In this document: piece after piece, positions 19,028 to 27,846 of the stretch
Position numbering within the stretch: position 1 is the stretch's first letter
Layout: every line of letters begins with the position of its first letter
DNA from: Nitrospinota bacterium
GTDB taxonomy: Bacteria > JADFOP01
Direction: 5' to 3'
NCBI GenBank assembly: GCA_022562795.1
Contig: JADFOP010000011.1
Location: 1-51,856, forward strand
Length of the DNA stretch: 51,856 bases
Position numbers and translations under genes: made by a program
The notes under the pieces: model-generated
Told to the model about the DNA's origin: nothing
The model's input: only the letters and a program-made list of their open reading frames with translations
The model's database searches: none

Positions 19028-19333
19028 ATGAGCGCGAACGGTGTGGGAAACATAGGCCGGGGTGTTAGGGCCGGGGGAGTGGGCGATTTGGCATCTTCAC
19101 CTTCTCGATCGCGCAGAACTCGCTCTTCCAGCGCTGGGGGGGAAGGCTCCGTGCCCGCTCCGCAGACGCTCAGCATCAAAGCCTTCGTGGATGATGAGAC
19201 GGGGCGGCCCGGCTTCGTCGTCATTGATGACGCCTCCGGGGAGGTCGTCAGGGAGATTCCCGCCGAAGAGGTTTTAGCGCTGGCCGCCAAACTGAAGCAG
19301 ATGACGGGGTTGCTCGTCAACGAGGCCGTCTAG
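19028..19333 (+). CDS. flaG: FlaG-family flagellar protein
   Basis: VVIDDASGEVVREIPAEEVLALAAKL...GLLVNEAV, the typical FlaG C-terminus. Confidence 0.8.
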   Translation: MSANGVGNIGRGVRAGGVGDLASSPSRSRRTRSSSAGGEGSVPAPQTLSIKAFVDDETGRPGFVVIDDASGEVVREIPAEEVLALAAKLKQMTGLLVNEAV

Positions 19334-19367
19334 CCGGCTGATTGGTTCTATAAAGGAGGATCGCATC

Positions 19368-20099
19368 ATGTTGGTGAAGGACGGCATGACTACCTACGTC
19401 CTCACGGTTTCGCCCGAGACAAACCTGGAAGAGGCCTACGACCTCCTTGAGAAACACGGCATTCGTCGGTTTCCGGTTGTAGACCAGGAGGGGACTCTAG
19501 TCGGTGTCGTCTCCATAAGCGACATCAAAATGGTGCTCGTTCCCCTGTGGAGGGGCAAACCCTTGCCCTCCCCGTTGAAGCAGGGAAGACTCAAGCCGAA
19601 ATCGTCCAAAAAGAGTGGAAAGAATGGACAGGAAATCGAGTATCACCTTCCCGGCGAGTTGACCGTCGCCGACGTGATGACCGAGGAAGTTTTCACCATT
19701 CACCCCTTCCAAAACGTTGCCGAGGCGGCCCGCCTTATCCATCGGCACAAAATTGGAGGCCTGCCCGTGGTAGATGAACAGGGCAAGGTGGTCGGCGTCA
19801 TCACGGCGATGGACCTCTTCGAGATTTTTATCAAAGTTATGGGCATCTCCCGCGCGGCGAACCGCATCGACGTGGACCTCAAGGACGACCCCGAAGGCCT
19901 AAATAAGGCCCTTGGGATTGTGCGAGACAATGGTGGAGGGATTATTTCCGTGAGCATGGGCGGGGCCGAGAATGGAAATGTGCACAGCTTCGAATTGGAG
20001 CCCTGCGACCTCAACCCCGTCATTGAGGCTCTAGGAAAGGCGGGCTATTCCGTGGTGGCCACCGCTGGAACTCGTTATCTGTATGCGGTCAATTTCTGA
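19368..20099 (+). CDS. CBS-pair plus ACT domain protein (AcuB-like)
   Basis: Two CBS motifs (IRRFPVVD, IGGLPVVD) and an ACT-like C-terminus. Confidence 0.85.
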   Translation: MLVKDGMTTYVLTVSPETNLEEAYDLLEKHGIRRFPVVDQEGTLVGVVSISDIKMVLVPLWRGKPLPSPLKQGRLKPKSSKKSGKNGQEIEYHLPGELTVADVMTEEVFTIHPFQNVAEAARLIHRHKIGGLPVVDEQGKVVGVITAMDLFEIFIKVMGISRAANRIDVDLKDDPEGLNKALGIVRDNGGGIISVSMGGAENGNVHSFELEPCDLNPVIEALGKAGYSVVATAGTRYLYAVNF

Positions 20100-20373
20100 T
20101 AATTTATTTCGCCACGCCCCACATTCACAGATGAATATTTGATTGGCTCTGGAAGCTCCGCTTCACGGGCCCCCATGCCCCGATTCCTCTGTGCCCACGC
20201 TCCCCCCTCACTTGACAACCCCCGCAGAGCCCCCTAAGTATGAGAGAGAGCCCCGCATGCCAAGCCGAATACTGTAAGGGCAGAGTGGCCGGGCTGTCTG
20301 CGAGGTTGTCGATGAACGTGAACCATAGGGGTGGGAATTTCCCGCCGAGGGATTGCCCACCGCCGGAGTCGCG

Positions 20374-21402
20374 ATGGACCTAACCCGCGCGGTCAAGGCC
20401 GAGGCCAGCCGTCTAGGATTCGACCTTGTCGGGGTTGCCCCGGCAGTCCCGACGGCCGAGCACGCCCGGTTCGCCGAGTGGCTCGACAGAGGGTTCCACG
20501 GCCGGATGGAGTATTTGGCCCGTCGTCCGTCCCGTCGGATGGATGTCCGGCAGGTCTTGGAAGACTGCCGCTCGGTCGTCGTCGTGGGCTTGCTCTACAA
20601 TACCGATGAACCCTTCTCGACCAACCTCGACGAGCCCTCCCGCGGCTGGGTCTCCCGCTACGCTTGGGGCGACGACTACCACGGCCTCATGGAGAAGAGG
20701 CTCCGCGAACTAGGCGCCTTCATCGAGAAGGCCGATCCCGACGAGGCCACCCGCTCCTACGTGGATACGGGGCCTGTCATGGAGAAGGCCCTCGCCCAGG
20801 CTGCCGGACTCGGCTGGATAGGGAAGAACACCTGCCTTCTCAACGACGAGTTAGGCTCCTTTATCTTCCTCGGCGTCGTCCTGACCACGGCCCAGCTCAA
20901 GCCCGACGCGCCGGCCGTCGATCAGTGCGGCTCCTGCACCTTGTGCCTCCAGGCCTGCCCAACGGGAGCGCTTGTCGAGCCCTACGTGCTTGACGCCCGC
21001 CTCTGCATCTCTTACCTCACCATTGAGCTGAAAGAGTCCATCCCCGAGGAACTGAGAGACGAGATGGGTCGCCACCTCTTCGGATGCGACATTTGTCAAG
21101 ACGTCTGTCCCTACAACCCGGGGGTGGCCACGACCAAAGAGGAGGTTTTTGCAGCCCGCCCTGCCTTTCTGCACCCGATTCTGGCCGAGCTCGTATCGTG
21201 GGACGAAGAGGCCTTTCTACGCGCCACCCGTCGCAGTCCGATTCGGAGGACGAAATTCCGGGGTTTCCGACGCAACCTGGCCGTTGCCCTGGGCAATTCG
21301 GCGATCCCCGAGGCGGCGGCGTTGCTGTCCGAGATGGCCGAAGACCCAGACCCCCTGGTGGCCGAGCACGCGCGCTGGGGGCTTGAGCGTCGCCGAACTT
21401 AA
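20374..21402 (+). CDS. queG: Epoxyqueuosine reductase
   Basis: SRYAWGDDYH, VDTGPVMEK, GWIGKN, CGSCTLCLQACPT, CISYLTIE, GCDICQDVCP. Confidence 0.96.
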   Translation: MDLTRAVKAEASRLGFDLVGVAPAVPTAEHARFAEWLDRGFHGRMEYLARRPSRRMDVRQVLEDCRSVVVVGLLYNTDEPFSTNLDEPSRGWVSRYAWGDDYHGLMEKRLRELGAFIEKADPDEATRSYVDTGPVMEKALAQAAGLGWIGKNTCLLNDELGSFIFLGVVLTTAQLKPDAPAVDQCGSCTLCLQACPTGALVEPYVLDARLCISYLTIELKESIPEELRDEMGRHLFGCDICQDVCPYNPGVATTKEEVFAARPAFLHPILAELVSWDEEAFLRATRRSPIRRTKFRGFRRNLAVALGNSAIPEAAALLSEMAEDPDPLVAEHARWGLERRRT

Positions 21403-21620
21403 GCCCGACCCTTCCCATAAGAACGTCCGCAAGCTATCATACCCCATAGAGCGGTTTGAGAGATGCCCATCCGAAGCGGTCGTGGGGCCGCGAGAGGAGA
21501 AGCTCGAAGAGGAGTCTTCGAGGGAGGGGTGTTTCTGCGTTCCTGGTGTTTGCAAATTCACGCATCGAATGACGAGGGGTAGCTTTAATCATGCTTCCGC
21601 CGAGGCATATCTGAGGAGCG

Positions 21621-22493
21621 ATGGGGGGAATACCTAGAGCCGAACGGGTGCTGGTGACCGGAGGGGCGGGCCTGGTAGGTCGCCACCTGGTTGGGGCCCT
21701 TGCTGCCGAGGGGTTCTCCGTCGGCGTACTCGACCTGGCCGAGGCCGACTTGCCCGTTGAGACCTACCACCGGGCGGACGTCACCGACCCAGCAGCCCTC
21801 GCCGCAATCATCCCTGCGTGGGACTCCGTTGTCCACTTGGCCGCGCTCCTCCCCCGAGCCGGAGCGAGCCCTGAGGAGCTCTACCGGGTCAACGCCTACG
21901 GTACCTTCTGCGTGGCCGAGGCCTGCCTCCGGGGCGGGGTGGCACGGCTCATCTACTGCTCCAGCGACTCCGTGCTCGGCTTCGCCCTTGGAGAGGGTCT
22001 CCCCGATCCCCGATTCCTGCCTGTGGACGAGGACCATCCGGCCAGGCCCGTCGACCCCTACGGCCTGAGCAAGCTGGCTGGTGAGGATGCCTGCCGGGCG
22101 GCCGCCGCCCGATCCGATCTACGCATCCTGGCTCTTAGAGCGCCCTGGGTATGGGTTCCCGAGGAGTACGACATCTACCGGGAGTACACTGCCGAGCCGG
22201 CCCGGCCCGACTGGATTCGCGACCTCTGGGCCTACATTCACGTGGCGGACCTTGCCGCGGCGGTCTCCATGGCCCTCATCACCAAGGACCTCCAACCCTT
22301 CGAAGCGCTCTTTGTGGCCGCCGCCGATAACGGGACGGAACTCTCTAGCCGCTCTCTCATTCGCGAATACTTATCAGGCGTACCCCGAATAAACGGCGCC
22401 TTCGGTCGTCGCGAGAGCTTTATCAGCTCCGAGCGGGCCCGCGCGCGCCTCGCCTTCGTCCCCAAGATGAGCTGGATGGAATTCCTTCGATGA
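21621..22493 (+). CDS. NAD-dependent epimerase/dehydratase
   Basis: TGGAGLVG, HLAA, YGLSK. Confidence 0.88.
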   Translation: MGGIPRAERVLVTGGAGLVGRHLVGALAAEGFSVGVLDLAEADLPVETYHRADVTDPAALAAIIPAWDSVVHLAALLPRAGASPEELYRVNAYGTFCVAEACLRGGVARLIYCSSDSVLGFALGEGLPDPRFLPVDEDHPARPVDPYGLSKLAGEDACRAAAARSDLRILALRAPWVWVPEEYDIYREYTAEPARPDWIRDLWAYIHVADLAAAVSMALITKDLQPFEALFVAAADNGTELSSRSLIREYLSGVPRINGAFGRRESFISSERARARLAFVPKMSWMEFLR

Positions 22494-23467
22494 GCACCAT
22501 GAGAGAACAGCCTGGGGGGACGGTTTCCGAGCCCCAGAGACTAATTGTCGACGTGGACACCGGGGTGGACGACGCCATAGCCCTCTGCCTGGCCTGCCGG
22601 TGGCCTAATGCGGCCGTTGAGCTGGTGACCACCGTCGCGGGCAATATTGATTTGGACCAGGCGACCGCCAACACGCTCTTGGTTCTCGACCGGCTTGGAC
22701 TTGACCAAATTCCTCCAGTGGCTCGGGGGGCGGATGCGCCTTTGCACCGGGATCTCTTCTCAGCCGCCGAGGTCCACGGCGACGACGGCCTAGGCGGCGC
22801 GCGCGGGCGCTACCCTCCTCCTAGGCGCCTCTCGCTTCTGTCGACCCCGGCATGGGATGCGATTGGCGAGGCCGTGGCCGCCGCGCCGGGCGAGCTCACC
22901 CTCGTTGCAACCGGACCCTTAACCAACGTGGCCCGGGCGATCCAGGCCGCCCCGACCGCTATGACTCATCTTAAATCCATGGTGGTGATGGGCGGGGCCA
23001 TTCAGGAGCGGGGAAACGTTACTGAATACGCCGAGTTCAACATCTACGTCGATCCAGAGGCGGCCAGGCTGGTCTTCGCGAGCGGGCTGCCCTTGACCCT
23101 GGTGCCCCTCGATATCACCCACCAGGTGGTGCTGGAGCGGGCCGACCTGATAAGGTGGAAGAGCCTGGCGGGCACATCGGCCGATCTCCTAGCCTTCCTC
23201 GAGGCCGTAACCGGTCTCACCATGGCCTTCCACAACCTCAGGGTCGGGTTCGATGGTCTCTACCTACACGACCCCCTGGCCCTCGCGGTGGCGCTCGACC
23301 CGTCATTGGTAAAGACGCGGAAGGCGCGCCTCGAGGTGGAAACCGAAGGAGCCGCCCGAGGAAGGGTCAGAGCCTCCTGGGACGAAGGGGCGCCGTCGGC
23401 GGTCGCAACGGCCGTTGAGGCCGAGAGGTTCTTGACTCTAGTGAAGCAGGTGCTGACCGGCCTTTAG
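22490..23467 (+). CDS. Nucleoside hydrolase (IU-NH family)
   Basis: DVDTGVDDA, VHGDDGLG, GPLTN, AEFNIYVDPEAA, LHDP. Confidence 0.93.
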   Translation: MSTMREQPGGTVSEPQRLIVDVDTGVDDAIALCLACRWPNAAVELVTTVAGNIDLDQATANTLLVLDRLGLDQIPPVARGADAPLHRDLFSAAEVHGDDGLGGARGRYPPPRRLSLLSTPAWDAIGEAVAAAPGELTLVATGPLTNVARAIQAAPTAMTHLKSMVVMGGAIQERGNVTEYAEFNIYVDPEAARLVFASGLPLTLVPLDITHQVVLERADLIRWKSLAGTSADLLAFLEAVTGLTMAFHNLRVGFDGLYLHDPLALAVALDPSLVKTRKARLEVETEGAARGRVRASWDEGAPSAVATAVEAERFLTLVKQVLTGL

Positions 23468-23592
23468 GGGGCCTTCGGGAGTAAGGCTGTCTCCGATGGA
23501 ATCCTGACACCCGCATTGGGTTAATTGCGCCCCCCGAAGCTCCTGTGATAGCATAAGGCTCCTCCCTCACCAACGACTCTGGGGGTAAAACG

Positions 23593-24420
23593 GTGGACCC
23601 TTTTTCGCCTTGGAAGCGCTACAGGGAGTGGATGCGGGGCCGGGAGCTCTCTTACCCCCGGCTCATCATCTTCATGATCGTGCTGGCCATGGGCTTTTAC
23701 GGCTACCGGTGGGTAGACCGATACATGGCCGCCCGCGAGGCGGCCAAGCTTGTTCGGTGCGACTTCCACCAGGAGATACCTCGCGTGGAGTTTGTTGAGG
23801 ATACAGAGGAGATAATCAATACGGCGGTCTGCCATAGCTCTCTTGAGCCTGCCGAGCTCTGGAAGGCTCTTACCGACTATCGCTCCTGGGCTCAGGAGCC
23901 CTATCGATCTCCGGAGGTCGAGTACGCCCGCTACCTTGCCGGCCCCGATGACCTCAAGGTGATCGCCGGGCGCTGGCCCGAGGAGGTCTCTGCCAACCAA
24001 GACCTCTCCGTCGTCAAGCTCAACTCCCCGGAGGAGGTTTACATATACCAAGAGCATTACCAGCTCGGCCTCATCTTCTTCTGGACAATCCTAGCCTACC
24101 GGACCAGGTACGTAAGTGAGGCTGATCGAGTCTACGAGCTCGAGTTCGAGCAGCCCGACGGGCTTGGCGATTTGCTATTTTACGGGGGCCGCTTCCGGCT
24201 TGAGCCCAACCCGGAGGGCGAGGGCACACGGATCACCTTCGTCCTTCGCCAGGCTATGCCCGAGCAACTCTCGGGCCAGGGGCTGCTGGGGATGGCCTCG
24301 CGCCTGATTACCATCGGCGGCTACGTCAAGGGTTTCCATCCATTTATGGAGGATGTGGTGGCCGGCTTGGAGCGGTTGGCCCGCGACCAATACAATTCGA
24401 GGTACTTGGAAAGACGATGA
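23593..24420 (+). CDS. Membrane-anchored hypothetical protein, possible SRPBCC/START-like fold
   Basis: One TM helix, then LWKALTDY and GRFRLEPNPEGEGTRITF patterns. Confidence 0.5.
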   Translation: MDPFSPWKRYREWMRGRELSYPRLIIFMIVLAMGFYGYRWVDRYMAAREAAKLVRCDFHQEIPRVEFVEDTEEIINTAVCHSSLEPAELWKALTDYRSWAQEPYRSPEVEYARYLAGPDDLKVIAGRWPEEVSANQDLSVVKLNSPEEVYIYQEHYQLGLIFFWTILAYRTRYVSEADRVYELEFEQPDGLGDLLFYGGRFRLEPNPEGEGTRITFVLRQAMPEQLSGQGLLGMASRLITIGGYVKGFHPFMEDVVAGLERLARDQYNSRYLERR

Positions 24421-24758
24421 AAACCCCTGAGGCAGCAACCAAGCCCTTGAAGATTCAGCGGCTTCAAGAAACCCAGACCCTTCGGATCGAATGGGCCGAC
24501 GAGCACTCCTGCGAAATGCCGTATGACTACCTTCGCCGGGCCTGCCCCTGCGCCATCTGCTCGGACGAGCGGAGTAAGACCGCCGGTGGCCTGAGAGTGA
24601 TCAGCGGGGAGTCCCCGCAGGACGCTCTTAAAATCGATGAGATCAGTCTCGTTGGAGCCTACGCCGTAAATATGTCCTGGAGCGACGGCCACAATACCGG
24701 TATCTACTCCTTCCGTTTCCTCAGGGAGCTCTGCCCCCATAACGTGGCCGGCCTATAG
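24417..24758 (+). CDS. DUF971 (GBBH-like N-terminal) protein
   Basis: IEWADEH, LRRACPCAIC, VGAYA, WSDGHNTGIYS. Confidence 0.9.
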   Translation: MKTPEAATKPLKIQRLQETQTLRIEWADEHSCEMPYDYLRRACPCAICSDERSKTAGGLRVISGESPQDALKIDEISLVGAYAVNMSWSDGHNTGIYSFRFLRELCPHNVAGL

Positions 24759-25183
24759 GATGCCTCTCTCGGGATCTTCGAAGACTACTGAGACCACTCC
24801 CCCCATCCTACAAGACAAGCTGGCGAATGAAGAAGAGGAAGGCCAAGGCGTGGACCATCCAAGAGACCTCACTGGCCCTCCCGGTACGGCGAAAAGGATC
24901 AGCCCCGCTCGCAGAAATTTGCGATCGACAATAAAACCTGCCTGCTCGAATTGACCGATTTCCGTGCTGATGGTGTCAAAGTAGTTGATGTTTAGGAGGA
25001 AGAGGGCATAGATGACGGTCACAAACTCAGATCGTGTGCAAGGGCCCTGTTAAAGCTAGTCATCTGCTTCGCTAGCGGGTACCGCGTGGAGCAAGGCTGG
25101 GGGTAGCTCAGGCCTGCTATCCGGCGTTATAAGGAAAAGATTGAACCATGTCTCAGCATTTGAAATCGCAACTAAAAAATTCC

Positions 25184-25213
25184 TTGACATGTTCAATTGC
25201 AACGTGGAATACT
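25184..25213 (+). promoter_or_regulatory. Candidate sigma70 promoter in an AT-rich region
   Basis: TTGACA-N18-AATACT upstream of the repeat-protein gene. Confidence 0.4.
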
Positions 25214-25361
25214 GTGTCTAGTATAACCACCCCAAAACATGTGTGAACTAGGCAGTGAGTGATAAACCATGTTCTCAAAGGAGCCAGGTTTTTTCACCCG
25301 TATCGTAGAATCGATATTTGATTTAGAGGAAGGCATTCTTAAAAGAAGAGGAATAGAACTT

Positions 25362-26222
25362 ATGACGCGAAGAGGACTCGTTACACTGGCAGCACTGCTG
25401 GCGATTGGGCTCGCCGCCGCGCCGGCCTGGGCAGGCGCCACCGAGGCTAATGGTGCCCTAAAGTTAAGCTGCGATAACGGAGCGCTGAGCCTAAAGGCCC
25501 GTGACGCCCTTGCCCCGGAAGTTTTCAGGGCCCTTGAAAAGAAATGCGGCCTTCTTCTTGGAGGGTCGGAGAACATTCCCGCCCACCCCTTGACGGTTGA
25601 CTACGACAAGATTTCGCTGGAGGAGGTGATCGAATCCCTCATACGGCTTACGGGCCTACCCAGCACCCTTTTGGCCACCGTCTCCTCAGGGGCGCTCAAG
25701 CTGGCTGTTCTGGCCACCGGCACCCCGATTACAGAGCCGATCAATGGGGCCGAGCCAACATCTATCAGCACCTTCGGGCTTGACGGGGACGAAGACGAGG
25801 ATGCCGCAATTGATGAGGCTCGGCGGCAGTTCCTGCTCGCCCAGACGTACGAGGAGCGCAAGCGGGCCCTGGAGGAGATGATGCGGCTCGACGCCGAGGA
25901 GGCCAGGGATCTCGATAATTTGAACGGAGATGCGTTGGAGTATGAGAGACTGGATGTCGGGCTGGAGGACGCCCGACGGCGCTTCCTGGTGGCGCAAACC
26001 GAAGAAGAAAAGCAGAAGGCGTTGGAGGATACGAGGGAGCTTGACCCCAACGCGGCCGATGAGCTCGAAGAGATCGACGAAGAGGAGCGCAAGGAAGCCG
26101 CGCTGGACGACCTTCTGATGCAGTACTATCTGTCCCGAACCGATGAGGATCGAAAGCGGTCTTACGAAGCGATCAAAAAGCTCGACCCCGAGGAGGCCAA
26201 ATACCTCCTCTTGGAAGATTAG
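25362..26222 (+). CDS. Exported protein with an STN/secretin-N-like domain and three acidic helical repeats
   Basis: Signal peptide MTRRGLVTLAALL...AWA; LSLKARDA...LTVDYDKISLEEVIESL; three similar ~34-aa units. Confidence 0.6.
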   Translation: MTRRGLVTLAALLAIGLAAAPAWAGATEANGALKLSCDNGALSLKARDALAPEVFRALEKKCGLLLGGSENIPAHPLTVDYDKISLEEVIESLIRLTGLPSTLLATVSSGALKLAVLATGTPITEPINGAEPTSISTFGLDGDEDEDAAIDEARRQFLLAQTYEERKRALEEMMRLDAEEARDLDNLNGDALEYERLDVGLEDARRRFLVAQTEEEKQKALEDTRELDPNAADELEEIDEEERKEAALDDLLMQYYLSRTDEDRKRSYEAIKKLDPEEAKYLLLED

Positions 26223-26291
26223 ACTCAGGGGGCATCGGGCCGGACGTCGAGACGTATCACATTACAGTACAAAACCAAATTTTAAGATAGC

Positions 26292-26326
26292 AGCGGGGCG
26301 CCCCGACAGGGCGCCCCGCTTTTTTT
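26292..26326 (+). terminator. Intrinsic terminator
   Basis: AGCGGGGCGCCC-CGACA-GGGCGCCCCGCT followed by a T run. Confidence 0.9.
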
Positions 26327-26371
26327 CTATGGGGACAGAGCCATTTCGGCCGCCCCCGCATATCACCGAAC

Positions 26372-26698
26372 TTATTCGAAGTCGTCGGGCCCGAGGGTTA
26401 GTCGCTCAACCGGTTGGTTGCCCAGAAAGTGGTGCTCCACAATATCTTCAACGTCCTCCACCATGATTCGTCCGTACCAGACGTCGTCGGGGTAGACGGC
26501 CATAGTGACGCCGCTCTCACAGGTATCTAGGCAGGTGGTCCCTATGACGCGGACTTCTTGGAGCAGGCCCTTTTCCATCAGCAGCTCGGTGAGCCTCTCC
26601 CTGAGCCGCATGGAGCCCCGCTCGTGGCAGGAGCCTCGCGGGTGGCCGGGTGGCCGATCGTTCATGCAGATGAATACGTACCGCTCTCGTTTGGACAT
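26372..26698 (-). CDS. Thioredoxin-like [2Fe-2S] ferredoxin
   Basis: FICMNDRPPGHPRGSC...TCLDTC, VYPDDVWY. Confidence 0.92.
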   Translation of the reverse strand: MSKRERYVFICMNDRPPGHPRGSCHERGSMRLRERLTELLMEKGLLQEVRVIGTTCLDTCESGVTMAVYPDDVWYGRIMVEDVEDIVEHHFLGNQPVERLTLGPDDFE

Positions 26699-26743
26699 GC
26701 TCTCACGCTCCTTCTCGAGAAGATCAGCCCTCTCGCGGTCTCT

Positions 26744-27745
26744 CTAGTAACTTTCCTTTCGGCGGGTGAGCCGAGCTCCCTGACGTGTATCGCGGCGGGC
26801 CAGCTCGGCGTCAATAGTCACCAGCATCTCCTCAGGGCTCTGGCGCCAACGCGGGGCGAGCAGCCGCTCCCCTGGGTTGGGCTCGGCTACCAGCTGGTGA
26901 ATGACCGCCTCCGGAGGCAGGTGCTCCAGGACCGCCACGGCGAGATCAATGTATGCCTCGGCCGAAATGAGGGTGAAGTGACGCCGCCGCCAAAGATGCG
27001 CCAGGTCGGTCTCCTCGCGGACCATGAGGTGGTGGACCTTCACCCCGTCGACAGGTAGGGCGGCTACAGTGTTGACTGTCTCAAGCGTCTCTGCCCTCTC
27101 TTCGCCAGGCAGCCCGAGGATTAGATGGATCACCTGGTGGATGCCACGCCCTGCGGCTATTTCCACGGCCTCAACCCAATGCGCCGAAATCTCGCTTCGG
27201 TCCACGAGGGCCCGCTGTTCGTCGTGGACCGTCTGGGGGCCCATTTCGAGCCAGACCTCGTGGGTCTTGGCGATCCCCTCAAGGAGCCGCAGGGCTTCTT
27301 CGGTGAGATCTTCGGATCGGACTCCCACTGCGATGCCCACCACTCCGTCGACCTCCAGCGCTTCTCCATATCGTCGCTGAAGGACGTCTATGGGGGCGTG
27401 GGCGTTGGAGGAGGGCCTGAAAGATGCGATGGCGCATGCAGAGGGATGTCGGCGGCGTAGCCGCTCCAGCCCCGAGCTGACCTGCTCGGCCACCGGAACG
27501 GGTGGGTCCTGAAGGGACGTCGGAGGCCCTTGGCTGTAACAGTAGAGGCACCCGCCGGTCTGGGAGAGGCCGTACCTGGTTGGGGGGCTGGCGCCCGAGT
27601 CAACGAAGATCGGCCAAACGGGGAACGGGAAGCGCTCCTCCAAGAAGGACCGGAGCGTCCGGTAACGCTTGGTCTCTCTGGACGCCAACTCTCTCTCCTT
27701 CGCACCCAAGGCAAAGGCCGCCCCGGTCTGCCGAAGCGGCGCCAT
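26744..27745 (-). CDS. TIGR01212 (YhcC/YtqA)-like radical SAM protein with a degenerate cluster motif
   Basis: GGCLYC, HLILGLPGE, VDGVKVH and overall layout match the family; the first Cys is replaced by Pro. Start uncertain. Confidence 0.75.
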   Translation of the reverse strand: MAPLRQTGAAFALGAKERELASRETKRYRTLRSFLEERFPFPVWPIFVDSGASPPTRYGLSQTGGCLYCYSQGPPTSLQDPPVPVAEQVSSGLERLRRRHPSACAIASFRPSSNAHAPIDVLQRRYGEALEVDGVVGIAVGVRSEDLTEEALRLLEGIAKTHEVWLEMGPQTVHDEQRALVDRSEISAHWVEAVEIAAGRGIHQVIHLILGLPGEERAETLETVNTVAALPVDGVKVHHLMVREETDLAHLWRRRHFTLISAEAYIDLAVAVLEHLPPEAVIHQLVAEPNPGERLLAPRWRQSPEEMLVTIDAELARRDTRQGARLTRRKESY

Positions 27746-27846
27746 CCAATCACAGCCTGACCAATCTCGGTTGAGGCACTGATAACCCATGCTACCATAC
27801 GGACTAGCTCCCATCAAGGCAAGAGCGTAGGCGGACCGCCTCGAGG

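Noticed and set aside
20220-20373. preQ1 riboswitch upstream of queG
   Set aside because: No preQ1 stem/loop plus A-rich tail pattern; kept only as an unassigned structured leader.
24753-25022. Small ORFs 24753-25022(-) and 24760-24954(+)
   Set aside because: No SD, motif or coding-like composition; they overlap each other.
27584-27586. Selenocysteine as the missing radical SAM ligand
   Set aside because: The codon is CCC (Pro), not TGA.
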